A DNA stretch of 64,000 nt from a phage. Shown here piece after piece: positions 18,243 through 27,903 of this stretch. Within the stretch, counting starts at the first letter, position 1. Every line of letters starts with the position of its first letter. The translations under genes were made by a program, and so were the position numbers. The notes beneath the pieces are model-generated. The model was not told the origin of the DNA. It ran no database searches and worked only from the letters and a program-made list of their open reading frames with translations. The stretch lies in assembly GCA_024572335.1 (NCBI GenBank), contig GCA_024572335.1_3052.1; one strand, written 5' to 3'.

Positions 18243-18629
18243 TTATTCGAGGGAAAGAAGATACTTACTCTGGTAAAACATTCCAGTAATATCATCTATC
18301 GTGCTTTGAATGGCTGGAGGCATTTCTTTATAAATGCTGTTAGATTGGTCTAGTATGCGATCAATCATTTTAATTGTGTCGGTAGGAAGTTTACTGGCAT
18401 CTGGAATTGAAGGCGTGTATTTTCTACCAGAATACCCCAAATATTGCTCACCAAATTTATCAATCAAATCTGGCAACTCGGAGAAAATAAAATCGTATGC
18501 TTTGTGTCTAGCATAACTTTTAGTTTCAAAATGCGCAGAATGAAAATAAGCTTGTGCAGCCATTAATAAACCTAAGTATTCATCTGCCTTTGAAGGTTTT
18601 CCACTTTGTGAAAAGTCGCTGAATTTCAT
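18243..18629 (-). CDS. hypothetical protein (128 aa) downstream of rI
   Basis: ORF overlapping rI stop; followed by hairpin terminator 18221-18238. Confidence 0.5.
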
Positions 18630-18919
18630 TCAGTCTCCAATTTAATGTTCATAATTCTAGCGTATGATTGTGCCATCTCCGCGCCTCGTTCTATACATTC
18701 AAAATCAGAAGAGCACGGGTCATTTTTATAGGTCGTTCTCATAAAACTATAGAACTGTTCAGATGATTCTACGCTTTTATTTTCAAAAAGCATATAAACA
18801 TGTCTAATACCAGATTCCATAAATTTATCAAAATGAGGATCGACATTCGCTTCAATTGATGGAGATAAAGCAAATGACAATCCTAGCATGGCAAAAAGTG
18901 CCGTTGCTTTTAAGGCCAT
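18626..18919 (-). CDS. rI: lysis inhibition regulator rI (periplasmic, signal-anchored)
   Basis: 97 aa; N-terminal signal-like MALKATALFAMLGLSFALSPSIEA; matches my recollection of T4 RI almost residue for residue. Confidence 0.85.
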   Translation of the reverse strand: MALKATALFAMLGLSFALSPSIEANVDPHFDKFMESGIRHVYMLFENKSVESSEQFYSFMRTTYKNDPCSSDFECIERGAEMAQSYARIMNIKLETE

Positions 18920-18931
18920 AAAGGCCTCCTA

Positions 18932-19144
18932 TCATTTTTGTCCTGTATTTACTTTATGCCGGTGCACGGCCTTAACTTTATCAAGGTATTTTTCAAAATT
19001 TCGCAATCTAGTATAGTCTGCCGGAGATTGGTTGAGTGATACTTCTCGACGCAAAGCTGAAATGATATTTCCAACTTCCCTACGAATTTCATCTAATTGA
19101 AGCACAGTAAGATTGCGAAGTTGCTTTTCAGTTAATTGTAGCAT
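18932..19144 (-). CDS. hypothetical protein (70 aa)
   Basis: ORF between tk and rI. Confidence 0.45.
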
Positions 19145-19186
19145 ATATACCCCTTTAGTTAGATAAACCTATTTATAACTTTTGCA

Positions 19187-19768
19187 CTAACCGAGCTTTT
19201 TAGTTAATTCGTTCCAGTGTTTTCTACACAAAGAAACATAAATTTCATCACCAATACAGATTTGATTACCTTCTTTAACTGGTGTTCCATCTTCCATTAA
19301 TCGAGCTGTCATAATCGCTTTTTTACCACAATGACAAACTGCCTTTAGTTCAATAAGTTTATCTGCAATCGCTAAAAGTTCTTTAGAACCTTCAAACAAT
19401 TTTCCAGCGAAATCAGTCCTTAATCCATAAGCCATAACAGGAACATTATATGTATCAACAATTCGGCTCAATTGATGCACTTGTTCAGTTTTTAAAAACT
19501 GAGCTTCATCTACAAATACACAATGAATATCTTTTTGTGCTTCAGCCCATTTATAGAACTCGAAAATATCCATATCATCTGTAATAATATTCGCTTCCTG
19601 CTTAATTCCAATGCGAGAAACAACTTCACAGACAGAATCGCGAGTATCAATAGCAGGCTTAAGAACTAATACACCCATTCCACGTTCTTTATAATTATGT
19701 GCAGCAGTCAAAAGAGAAGCAGATTTTCCAGCATTCATTGCTGCATAAGTAAAAATTAAACTCGCCAT
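19187..19768 (-). CDS. tk: thymidine kinase
   Basis: 193 aa; P-loop YAAMNAGKS, C-terminal zinc-binding CxxC...CxxH typical of type II thymidine kinases. Confidence 0.9.
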   Translation of the reverse strand: MASLIFTYAAMNAGKSASLLTAAHNYKERGMGVLVLKPAIDTRDSVCEVVSRIGIKQEANIITDDMDIFEFYKWAEAQKDIHCVFVDEAQFLKTEQVHQLSRIVDTYNVPVMAYGLRTDFAGKLFEGSKELLAIADKLIELKAVCHCGKKAIMTARLMEDGTPVKEGNQICIGDEIYVSLCRKHWNELTKKLG

Positions 19769-19777
19769 ATCACCTTC

Positions 19778-19963
19778 TTAAAGCGTATTCACATAAGCTA
19801 TTAATTCATTTTCTTTCTTATCAAACCGATCAGCAAATTCTTCCTGCTGTTCGGGAGATAGCGGGCCGTATTCATCATAAAAGGTGTTTGCTTCTGTATG
19901 CTCATCTAGAAGTTCATGGATAAGCTCAAACAATTTATCTTTTTGTTCTTTACTCAGACTCAT
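19778..19963 (-). CDS. hypothetical acidic protein (61 aa)
   Basis: ORF immediately upstream of tk. Confidence 0.45.
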   Translation of the reverse strand: MSLSKEQKDKLFELIHELLDEHTEANTFYDEYGPLSPEQQEEFADRFDKKENELIAYVNTL

Positions 19964-20129
19964 ATATTAATTTCCAGGAGTTTTAAAATAATTCGCTTTT
20001 GCTTAAATATTTCCATAGTTAAATGATCAGTATCTTTTTGACCAATTCCAATGGCAAAACCTTTATTAGCAGCGAGTTCAATTAAATTATCAAGCTCACG
20101 TAACACTTCGTATTGTAACTCAAAACTAT

Positions 20130-20357
20130 TCATTTTGGTTTACCTTCTTTAACGAAATCTGGATAAGGATAAAATCCCGAATAAAATCCTTCACCTTTAT
20201 GATTGATACATCCTTTATTAGAACAATAGCACCAATAATCGAAATCACAAGTCATTTCATCGTTGCATAAAGCAAAAACAACCGGCCACTTACACTTTTC
20301 ACAGTGGGCATTTTTAAGAATGCTAGTTTGGCTCATAACCATGTCACCTTTAAGCAA
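20130..20357 (-). CDS. cysteine-rich small protein (putative metal-binding)
   Basis: multiple CxxC pairs: CEKCKW...CNDEMTCDFDYWCYCSNKGC. Confidence 0.45.
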   Translation of the reverse strand: MLKGDMVMSQTSILKNAHCEKCKWPVVFALCNDEMTCDFDYWCYCSNKGCINHKGEGFYSGFYPYPDFVKEGKPK

Positions 20358-20545
20358 TATTCTTCTACGTGCTGTTTACGACCTTTCTTATCAATAAAGG
20401 TATATTCAACGAATGTTCCAATGTAGTCTTTATCTACATCATGTGGACTATTAATTGGACATTTAGTACGGCAAATGCGTTCCCATTGACGAATAATTAC
20501 TGCTTTGTTTTTAGGATCAAACGGATGCGGGTAATGTACTTTCAT
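20333..20545 (-). CDS. hypothetical protein (70 aa)
   Basis: ORF. Confidence 0.4.
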   Translation of the reverse strand: MKVHYPHPFDPKNKAVIIRQWERICRTKCPINSPHDVDKDYIGTFVEYTFIDKKGRKQHVEEYCLKVTWL

Positions 20546-20996
20546 AATCCACCACTATTAAATCAATATCAGGAGTAAACATGTCAATTAATTTAGAAAC
20601 CTTATCCCAATCGCCGCCAGCGATACCACAACCTATGCGTGGAATGTAAATTACTGGTTTGAACAAAAGGGTTTCTGCCTGTAGATTTAATTCTATCATG
20701 CAGTTTACTAAAGCACCATAATCAAGATTAGGACCTGGTTCGTATTGCGTATACAGGTTATAGCATATACCAAATCCCGTAGGACTATGTTTAAAAACAA
20801 TAGACATATCGCCTAATTTATCACGAGAACCGTACTCAGTAGTGGTTTTATCTATTTCTAAAATTTTGGGATAGGCTCTTGCTAATTGACCCGCTACACC
20901 TGAACCCATAGTATGAAAACAATTGCACCCGTGCGCAATAATATTACCTTGAAGAAATAGGGCGACAATATCGCCCTTGATATATTTTACAATCAT
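20517..20996 (-). CDS. macro-domain-like protein (putative ADP-ribose binding/processing)
   Basis: KGDIV...NIIAHGCNCFHTMGSGVAGQLARAYP and C-terminal IPRIGCGIAGGDW resemble macro-domain signatures (GDIT...NAAN..GGGV..AI and G-x-G-x-G). Confidence 0.5.
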   Translation of the reverse strand: MIVKYIKGDIVALFLQGNIIAHGCNCFHTMGSGVAGQLARAYPKILEIDKTTTEYGSRDKLGDMSIVFKHSPTGFGICYNLYTQYEPGPNLDYGALVNCMIELNLQAETLLFKPVIYIPRIGCGIAGGDWDKVSKLIDMFTPDIDLIVVDYESTLPASV

Positions 20997-21334
20997 CTAG
21001 TACTCAATCCTCGATTATAAGAATCTACCAAACGGTCAACCATTGAATGACAAGCGGCTTTATCTTTCTCCTCCGCAACTGAACATTCTAAGGTATTCCA
21101 CTTTTTAGCATATCGTTTTAACAATGTATCATTTTTGTATCTGCTTGATTTATCTCTTTCTCCGTCTTTATATGCATATATTAATTTCTGCGCAAATTCA
21201 GCTTGGCATGCTTTATTTTTCCCGCAATAATCCGCTGCAGTACGGTTTACATACTCTCTAATTTCAGTATATGATGTATCTGCTAACGCAGAAAATGAAA
21301 TTAATCCTATACATAAAACCAAAATTTTAGTCAT
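20993..21334 (-). CDS. secreted cysteine-containing small protein (signal peptide)
   Basis: N-terminal signal peptide MTKILVLCIGLISFSALA; 4 Cys. Confidence 0.45.
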   Translation of the reverse strand: MTKILVLCIGLISFSALADTSYTEIREYVNRTAADYCGKNKACQAEFAQKLIYAYKDGERDKSSRYKNDTLLKRYAKKWNTLECSVAEEKDKAACHSMVDRLVDSYNRGLSTR

Positions 21335-21872
21335 TTACTATTTCCAAAAGTTTATTATTTTTAAGGTAATTAGCCTTTTCTAGGACTTCAGAAGCATATT
21401 TAGAACCTGCTTTAACATTCCATCCCGAATTATAAGAGGATATTGCTTTTCTTATATCGCCCTTATGTATATTTAACCAATAAGAAAGTTCAATGTACGC
21501 CCAGGAAGCTGAATTGGACCGTTTATTCAACATTCTTTTTATTTCAGCATCGGTCATATTATAACCAAGTTCCTTAACTCTTGCTCGCATAGTAGGCAAA
21601 TAATTTTGGAACATTCCATAAGCGTGATGCTTTGGTTTAGATTTTAAATTAACTCCGCCAGAGCTTTCTTGCCATAAAATAGCAGCCATTATATGACCTA
21701 ATCCGCTCTTGTGGATATTTTTGTGTGTTTTATATTTTCCATCCTTAGAAAATTGTTCCCCGAATTGATACGCGTAACGCATGTTATCGAGTTGGACATT
21801 ACTGAAAGTATGCTCGGAGCTATGTGCCATCATTGAAATGGCCAATAGACCAGCGAGTAGTGCTTTTCTCAT
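21327..21872 (-). CDS. secreted lytic transglycosylase (SLT domain)
   Basis: signal peptide MRKALLAGLLAISMMAHS; SLT motifs QESSGG, YGMFQ, SYNSG. Confidence 0.65.
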   Translation of the reverse strand: MRKALLAGLLAISMMAHSSEHTFSNVQLDNMRYAYQFGEQFSKDGKYKTHKNIHKSGLGHIMAAILWQESSGGVNLKSKPKHHAYGMFQNYLPTMRARVKELGYNMTDAEIKRMLNKRSNSASWAYIELSYWLNIHKGDIRKAISSYNSGWNVKAGSKYASEVLEKANYLKNNKLLEIVND

Positions 21873-21879
21873 GCTTACC

Positions 21880-22341
21880 TCATTGAGTTTTAATTACTGC
21901 TTTAGAAGCCTTTCCTGGTAAACGACGACTGTTGATAATTGCCATCCTACATTGAAGTGACGGGTCTTTGAACTTCGCATTAGGTTTACAAACTGTAAAT
22001 CCAAGCCAAAGATTTCCATTTGTGATTTCTAAACGTCCAGGACGGTATTCAACCCCATCAATAAAATCCTCGTCAATGTCAGGACGCGGAGGCATACTCA
22101 GGAATTCATTAACTTCTAAAACATGGTCTTTTATTTTATGGAATAATTCAAAAACGTATGTCTCATCAATCTCCCGTTGAATTGCACGATCAAGAAGATG
22201 TTGAGAATATTTTAGATGAAACGATGAGACTCCTTCTGCTTTTGATGCTTCACGAATCTCATTGTTAATTTGACGAAACTCCGACTCAAAGTGACGACGA
22301 AGCTTATTTCGACGGATAAAAACTTCTGTATTGATAGTCAT
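21880..22341 (-). CDS. regB: site-specific endoribonuclease RegB
   Basis: 153 aa; sequence matches recollection of T4 RegB (MTINTEVFIRRNKLRRHFESEF...); early promoter at 22369-22398. Confidence 0.8.
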   Translation of the reverse strand: MTINTEVFIRRNKLRRHFESEFRQINNEIREASKAEGVSSFHLKYSQHLLDRAIQREIDETYVFELFHKIKDHVLEVNEFLSMPPRPDIDEDFIDGVEYRPGRLEITNGNLWLGFTVCKPNAKFKDPSLQCRMAIINSRRLPGKASKAVIKTQ

Positions 22342-22368
22342 GTTATTCTCCTCTTAACTGATAGAAAA

Positions 22369-22398
22369 ATTATACCACAGTCAAGAGGAAAAGTAAAC
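22369..22398 (-). promoter_or_regulatory. early promoter upstream of regB
   Basis: GTTTAC (22393-22398) - 18 bp - TATAAT (22369-22374). Confidence 0.6.
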
Positions 22399-22400
22399 AG

Positions 22401-22679
22401 TTATTCTTTAAATCTAATCAATTTATTCATAGACTTTGAAACTTCTGCACGAACCTCATGTAAGTTTTTAAGCTGTTCAAGACGCTGCTCATAGTAAGCA
22501 ATTTCATCTTCTTCGAGACAGTCCTGTGAATCTTCTTTAAGATAACGTGCATAGTCCTGAAAAGCTTTACGGACTACTTCCTGAAAGTCATCAAGACTTT
22601 GAATTTTCTTAGGAGCGGCAGATACACGACGAGGTGCAGTATAATACTCATAACCAAACCCTGCACTTAATTGAGCCAT
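22401..22679 (-). CDS. hypothetical helical protein (92 aa from MAQLSAG)
   Basis: probable start at internal ATG abutting upstream ORF stop. Confidence 0.4.
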   Translation of the reverse strand: MAQLSAGFGYEYYTAPRRVSAAPKKIQSLDDFQEVVRKAFQDYARYLKEDSQDCLEEDEIAYYEQRLEQLKNLHEVRAEVSKSMNKLIRFKE

Positions 22680-22981
22680 TAGTATTTTTCCTCTGGTTGG
22701 AACACTGCACGACAAGCCCACATACTGGCTTCTTTGAGTTTCGTTTTAGCAATAGTTAACTGATCGAGGCTTTCAGCATAATTCTTCGCGAGTTCATAGT
22801 CTTCACAGCTATTAAATGCTTCCCAAAATTCATCGTATAAAGCATCAAAGATAAGTCCTAAACGAACTTCAGCGTCTTTGATAGCATTCACTTTACCGAT
22901 TTTCTCTTCAGTATGCGGCTTATAACTTTTAATGTCTTCAATCATATTTGACTTCCTCACCAGTACATAAATCATATTCAA
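22679..22981 (-). CDS. hypothetical protein (88-100 aa)
   Basis: ORF; true start may be MIEDIK at 22945. Confidence 0.4.
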   Translation of the reverse strand: MNMIYVLVRKSNMIEDIKSYKPHTEEKIGKVNAIKDAEVRLGLIFDALYDEFWEAFNSCEDYELAKNYAESLDQLTIAKTKLKEASMWACRAVFQPEEKY

Positions 22982-23159
22982 CTAAACGAATAGGTTCATG
23001 AATGCCATATCCTTGAACAGAAATTTCTGTCGTAGGATAAATTCCATCAATATCACCCATATTCCAGGCTTCGTTAAATTGCTGTTCGCCTGAATTACTA
23101 AACCACTCGGCGAAAGCATTTAGCACATCTTTAGAACCTTCAATAATTATCTTTGCCAT
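22938..23159 (-). CDS. hypothetical protein (73 aa)
   Basis: ORF, ATGA-type overlap with the GrcA-like gene. Confidence 0.4.
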   Translation of the reverse strand: MAKIIIEGSKDVLNAFAEWFSNSGEQQFNEAWNMGDIDGIYPTTEISVQGYGIHEPIRLVEYDLCTGEEVKYD

Positions 23160-23521
23160 TACAAACTCTCAGTAAAGGTACGAGCGATAACGTCGCGCTG
23201 CTGTTCCGGAGTCAGAGAGTTAAAGCGAACTGCATATCCGGATACACGGATGGTCAGCTGCGGATATTTTTCCGGATGCTTAACTGCATCTTCCAGAGTT
23301 TCGCGACGCAGAACGTTAACGTTCAGGTGTTGACCACCTTCAATTTTAACTGTAGGCTGTTGCTCAATTTCAATTTCACGGGCATGCAAACCGTAGAAAA
23401 TTTCTGGGTCTACAAAAGAGTCCTCTTTAAAGGTTTTGGAGACAATAATTCGTGCTTGAATACCATCTTCAAAATAAATAGTACCTTTATGTGTGCCTTC
23501 AAGAATTTGATATGCTTTCAT
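23159..23521 (-). CDS. autonomous glycyl radical cofactor (GrcA/YfiD-like)
   Basis: C-terminal ~60 aa [60 protein letters not shown] carries the RVSGY glycyl-radical signature, as in E. coli GrcA. Confidence 0.85.
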   Translation of the reverse strand: MKAYQILEGTHKGTIYFEDGIQARIIVSKTFKEDSFVDPEIFYGLHAREIEIEQQPTVKIEGGQHLNVNVLRRETLEDAVKHPEKYPQLTIRVSGYAVRFNSLTPEQQRDVIARTFTESL

Positions 23522-23528
23522 ATAAACC

Positions 23529-23855
23529 TCAATTAGAAAATAAATTTATCCAAGATTGTTCTTTAATTAAAAATGGCTCAGAATCATATGCCATTAAACT
23601 CTGTGTGATTAGTCCTTTAAAAGGCCCATCAATAAATTCCATGGTAAAATATGGAATTTTATTCATTAGCCGTGCATTAGGAGCAGTACATAAAACTCTG
23701 CATCCTTTGAATACGCCTTTTTGTAATTTGTATTGCTTAGGATAAAATTCGCTTAAAATGTTATTTTTTGCCAAAATTTCAAAATGATTCACCAATTTAT
23801 TTTTAATAGTTTTTGGCGAAAAATAAAGATATTCGAAAAGCTGAGTGTCTGTCAT
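23529..23855 (-). CDS. hypothetical protein (about 108 aa)
   Basis: probable start at MMTDTQ, abutting the upstream stop. Confidence 0.4.
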   Translation of the reverse strand: MTDTQLFEYLYFSPKTIKNKLVNHFEILAKNNILSEFYPKQYKLQKGVFKGCRVLCTAPNARLMNKIPYFTMEFIDGPFKGLITQSLMAYDSEPFLIKEQSWINLFSN

Positions 23856-24394
23856 CATTGCATTCCAATCACAAAAAATTGAGGACGAGTAATACCACCA
23901 ATGCAACATTTACTATTACAGCAGTAGTGTACAGTGTCAATATGGACACTATAAATCTTATCCATATCAGGAGATTTGACAGGCTCATCAATTATATACA
24001 AAATTCGCGAAAGCGATAAACCTCTGAACTTGCTTCCTTTATTACCAATAAAACTGCGCACAGAATCAGTAAATAAACGAAAACGTATATCATCATTAGA
24101 ATAACGCGAAAATTCCTTTTTAATGTTATTTGCAGAAATTTTAGCGTAAGCTGAAGTATTAGAAAGAACAATAACTGTTCCGCCATCATACAGCCAATTA
24201 GCAGCAAAGTTAGTCACAGCAATTGATTTACCAGATTGACGTCCACCGTCTAGTCGAAGTGTGCAATACTGCTTAAATAATTCTTCAAATGGCGGGATAT
24301 ATTCGTTTTTACAAATTTCTTCTACTCTAGCATCAGAATGGTGTGTAAAAGCATTCATCAGGGATAGATAAGGACCAGTTAAAAATGTTCTCAT
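23855..24394 (-). CDS. stand-alone P-loop ATPase resembling the terminase large-subunit ATPase core
   Basis: Walker A LDGGRQSGKS and Walker B ILYIIDEP about 90 aa apart, compare gp17 in this window (SRQLGKT ... MIYIDECAF); ATG 24392-24394 (complement). Confidence 0.5.
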   Translation of the reverse strand: MRTFLTGPYLSLMNAFTHHSDARVEEICKNEYIPPFEELFKQYCTLRLDGGRQSGKSIAVTNFAANWLYDGGTVIVLSNTSAYAKISANNIKKEFSRYSNDDIRFRLFTDSVRSFIGNKGSKFRGLSLSRILYIIDEPVKSPDMDKIYSVHIDTVHYCCNSKCCIGGITRPQFFVIGMQ

Positions 24395-24535
24395 TTTATT
24401 CTCTCTAGGTTTGGGCCATTCCGTGGCGCATGAATTGTCCATTTCTGTATTTACCCATTACCGCACTTGGGCTCGACCTTATTACAGGTTGGCGGGAATC
24501 CCTCATAGAATCATGAGGTCCAGTTTGTTCCCATA

Positions 24536-25009
24536 TTATTTGAACGATTTAACGTACTGAATAGAACCCTTACTATTCACAAAGGCAATTTTACCATTTT
24601 TATTATACATGGTAGCAGTACGCTGATAACCATAGGTTTGTTTACCAGATTGATAACCAACTAATGCAAAATTATCTTCACCCATTTTATTCTGTTTAGC
24701 GCGAATGCGTTCATGACCATGTGCCATAAGAACCTTAGCATCACCAGTTGCAATGGATCGACGAGTTTTTTCATCTTCAACTGCATTAACAAAGTCGTCA
24801 AATGAATCAAATTTAGCATGAGATTTATTATACAATTTTCCATCTACTGCATAATTATATCCCTGTACATCCATCTCAACTTCTGTACCATCATCCAATA
24901 CAGCAGTAATTTTTTGACCTTTTTTAAATTTCAAAAGATCAGTAAAAGATTCAGCAATAATTTGAGAATTAATAGCTGCTTCAGTGATAAATTCTTGATA
25001 TGTTTTCAT
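24536..25009 (-). CDS. internal-protein-like head protein with capsid targeting sequence
   Basis: N-terminus MKTYQEFITE|A matches the T4 IP leader MKTYQEFIAE ending at a gp21 cleavage site; early promoter 25064-25093. Confidence 0.7.
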   Translation of the reverse strand: MKTYQEFITEAAINSQIIAESFTDLLKFKKGQKITAVLDDGTEVEMDVQGYNYAVDGKLYNKSHAKFDSFDDFVNAVEDEKTRRSIATGDAKVLMAHGHERIRAKQNKMGEDNFALVGYQSGKQTYGYQRTATMYNKNGKIAFVNSKGSIQYVKSFK

Positions 25010-25063
25010 GGGTTTCCTTTAAATATTTTAATTAGTAATTTGTCTCTTCAAGCAACTGTGAAT

Positions 25064-25093
25064 ATACTATCACAATTCTAGGAGAAAGTAAAC
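25064..25093 (-). promoter_or_regulatory. early promoter upstream of the IP-like gene
   Basis: GTTTAC (25088-25093) - 18 bp - TAGTAT (25064-25069). Confidence 0.5.
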
Positions 25094-25097
25094 AACT

Positions 25098-26066
<969 letters not shown>

Positions 26067-26070
<4 letters not shown>

Positions 26071-26555
26071 TTTAATTTCCTGCATTCAGTGATAAAGTTA
26101 TTTAAATTTTGAGTGTATTTCTTTTCATCAAAAATCTTTTGCTGTCTGCGTAGCCGCCATGGCATTTCAATGAACACGCACCATATCCCAGATAATATTG
26201 CTGCAGTAAAAATATTAACAAGTATGGTTAAAAGAATCCAATCTCCTATTCTGTCCATTGGATTTTTTATAAAAAAGTAAAATACGAATGATGTCACAGG
26301 AAGACTAATAATATACCACAGAATCATAATTTTATCTGTGAACCAATCAGCGTTCGTTAACTTAGCGCGACCATTATGAATACACACGAATTTATCATCT
26401 GTTATAATAGATGGCTTAGCTGCTTGATATCCCATTCTAAACTCACTAATCAACAAATTTTTCATATCTTCGGAACAACCATTCCAGTCAACTCTATCAA
26501 CTGAAATGCCATCATCCCCATCATCTAAATCATACCAGCGAGTTTTTAAAATCAT
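26067..26555 (-). CDS. membrane protein (162 aa, 2 TM)
   Basis: hydrophobic segments IMILWYIISLPVTSFVFYFFI and WILLTILVNIFTAAILSGIWCVFI. Confidence 0.45.
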
Positions 26556-26914
26556 TTAATTTTCCTACAATCACTCACAAACTCTTCCATTGATTCTTTT
26601 TCAATATAAGACATGTAGCTATTATATTCCTTTAATTGTATTTTGTAATCTTTTTTTCTTTGCCAATTTATTTTAAAATTATCATAATGAAAATATAACA
26701 TGGTACCAAAGAATGAAAATAATGAAATAATTTTAGTATAGTGAAGTTCACTCCAAACTTCTATTATATTTACTGTGCCGTCAATGTTTAAAATAAGACA
26801 GTCAATTAACAATCCAAAAAGACTACCCGCAAGAGCTGCAGCCAACGCTACAGCAAAAATTAAAAATGACTCAGGAAGAGAATATTTGACTTTATTTAGT
26901 TTTGGCTTTTGCAT
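26552..26914 (-). CDS. membrane protein (120 aa, 2 TM)
   Basis: hydrophobic segments FLIFAVALAAALAGSLFGLLIDCLIL and IISLFSFFGTMLYF. Confidence 0.45.
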   Translation of the reverse strand: MQKPKLNKVKYSLPESFLIFAVALAAALAGSLFGLLIDCLILNIDGTVNIIEVWSELHYTKIISLFSFFGTMLYFHYDNFKINWQRKKDYKIQLKEYNSYMSYIEKESMEEFVSDCRKIK

Positions 26915-27309
26915 CGTGATTCCTTAACAAATTTCATAATTTCATCAAATTCATGCGCAGCAAGTTTAAGCTGATGTTCCTTTTTAATCTTTTTACACTG
27001 AGCTTTCCAATCACGTACACGTTTACGATAGTGTCTTCCTTGATACCAATATCCTATCCAATTTATAGGTACTAATAAAAGCGGAACTACCAATGGAAGA
27101 ATTAGTGTTGCTCCAAATATTGCACCAGATTCAATATCAGTCATAACGTCTATAACTATTCCAGCAATCAACAGAATCACAAATGATACGGCTACCACAG
27201 GACCTATTAACACATCAGTAGAAATTATCTGACGCTTTAATTCATACTTTAAGGGTTTACTTGGAAGATACATTGATGGCTTTGACATATTCTCTACATT
27301 CCTTAACAA
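26896..27309 (-). CDS. membrane protein (about 130 aa, 2 TM); start uncertain
   Basis: hydrophobic segments LIGPVVAVSFVILLIAGIVIDV and IFGATLILPLVVPLLLVPINWIGYW. Confidence 0.45.
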   Translation of the reverse strand: MLRNVENMSKPSMYLPSKPLKYELKRQIISTDVLIGPVVAVSFVILLIAGIVIDVMTDIESGAIFGATLILPLVVPLLLVPINWIGYWYQGRHYRKRVRDWKAQCKKIKKEHQLKLAAHEFDEIMKFVKESRCKSQN

Positions 27310-27862
27310 ATTTTTCTAATAATAAATCGCTTTCAAAATTAGGATTTTCCACGAATTTATCAAAAAGATCATCGACAACAGTTAAGATATTCTTTTTATT
27401 AAGAATACGCTTATTTTCATATTTTGTTTCAGAGTCAACTATAAGAGTAAAGAAATATTTCTTTCCCTGAAATTTTACCGTAGTATCAATATAGAACAAA
27501 TTTGACTTTTGTAAATTACGTTTAAACCATGCGTCACTTAAACTGTAAACGCCAAGATAATCATAATCGTCATTTAAATAACAAACTGTCCATTCAGGAG
27601 AAATGAAATCAGTAAATTCAACATCAAAATCACACGTCAATGAATGAATTGATTCAATACTTTTAATGAGTATTCCAGGACGTATTAAAGACTTTTTACC
27701 TTTATAAAATCCAGAAAGACTTTCATCAGTTTCGTATGAAGACCCCCAATAATAATTACGTCCTTCTGCCATATGTTTAAGAGCATTTAGTAATTGATCT
27801 GGAACATCAACCTGTCTTTGGAACTCTTCAAACATTGAATTGAAATCACTTTGCATTTTCAT
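27257..27862 (-). CDS. hypothetical protein (201 aa)
   Basis: ORF. Confidence 0.45.
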   Translation of the reverse strand: MKMQSDFNSMFEEFQRQVDVPDQLLNALKHMAEGRNYYWGSSYETDESLSGFYKGKKSLIRPGILIKSIESIHSLTCDFDVEFTDFISPEWTVCYLNDDYDYLGVYSLSDAWFKRNLQKSNLFYIDTTVKFQGKKYFFTLIVDSETKYENKRILNKKNILTVVDDLFDKFVENPNFESDLLLEKFVKECREYVKAINVSSK

Positions 27863-27903
27863 TCCTATTTACTCCAAGTAATAGGGGCCGAAGCCCCTTA
27901 TCA

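Noticed and set aside
23153-23536. Plus-strand ORF of 127 aa antisense to the GrcA-like gene, and similar antisense ORFs (e.g. 4043-4267, 44888-45223, 58000-58200, 62627-62971, 63480-63878)
   Set aside because: Each is fully contained in the opposite strand of a well-supported conserved gene and has low-complexity or biased composition; considered frame artefacts.
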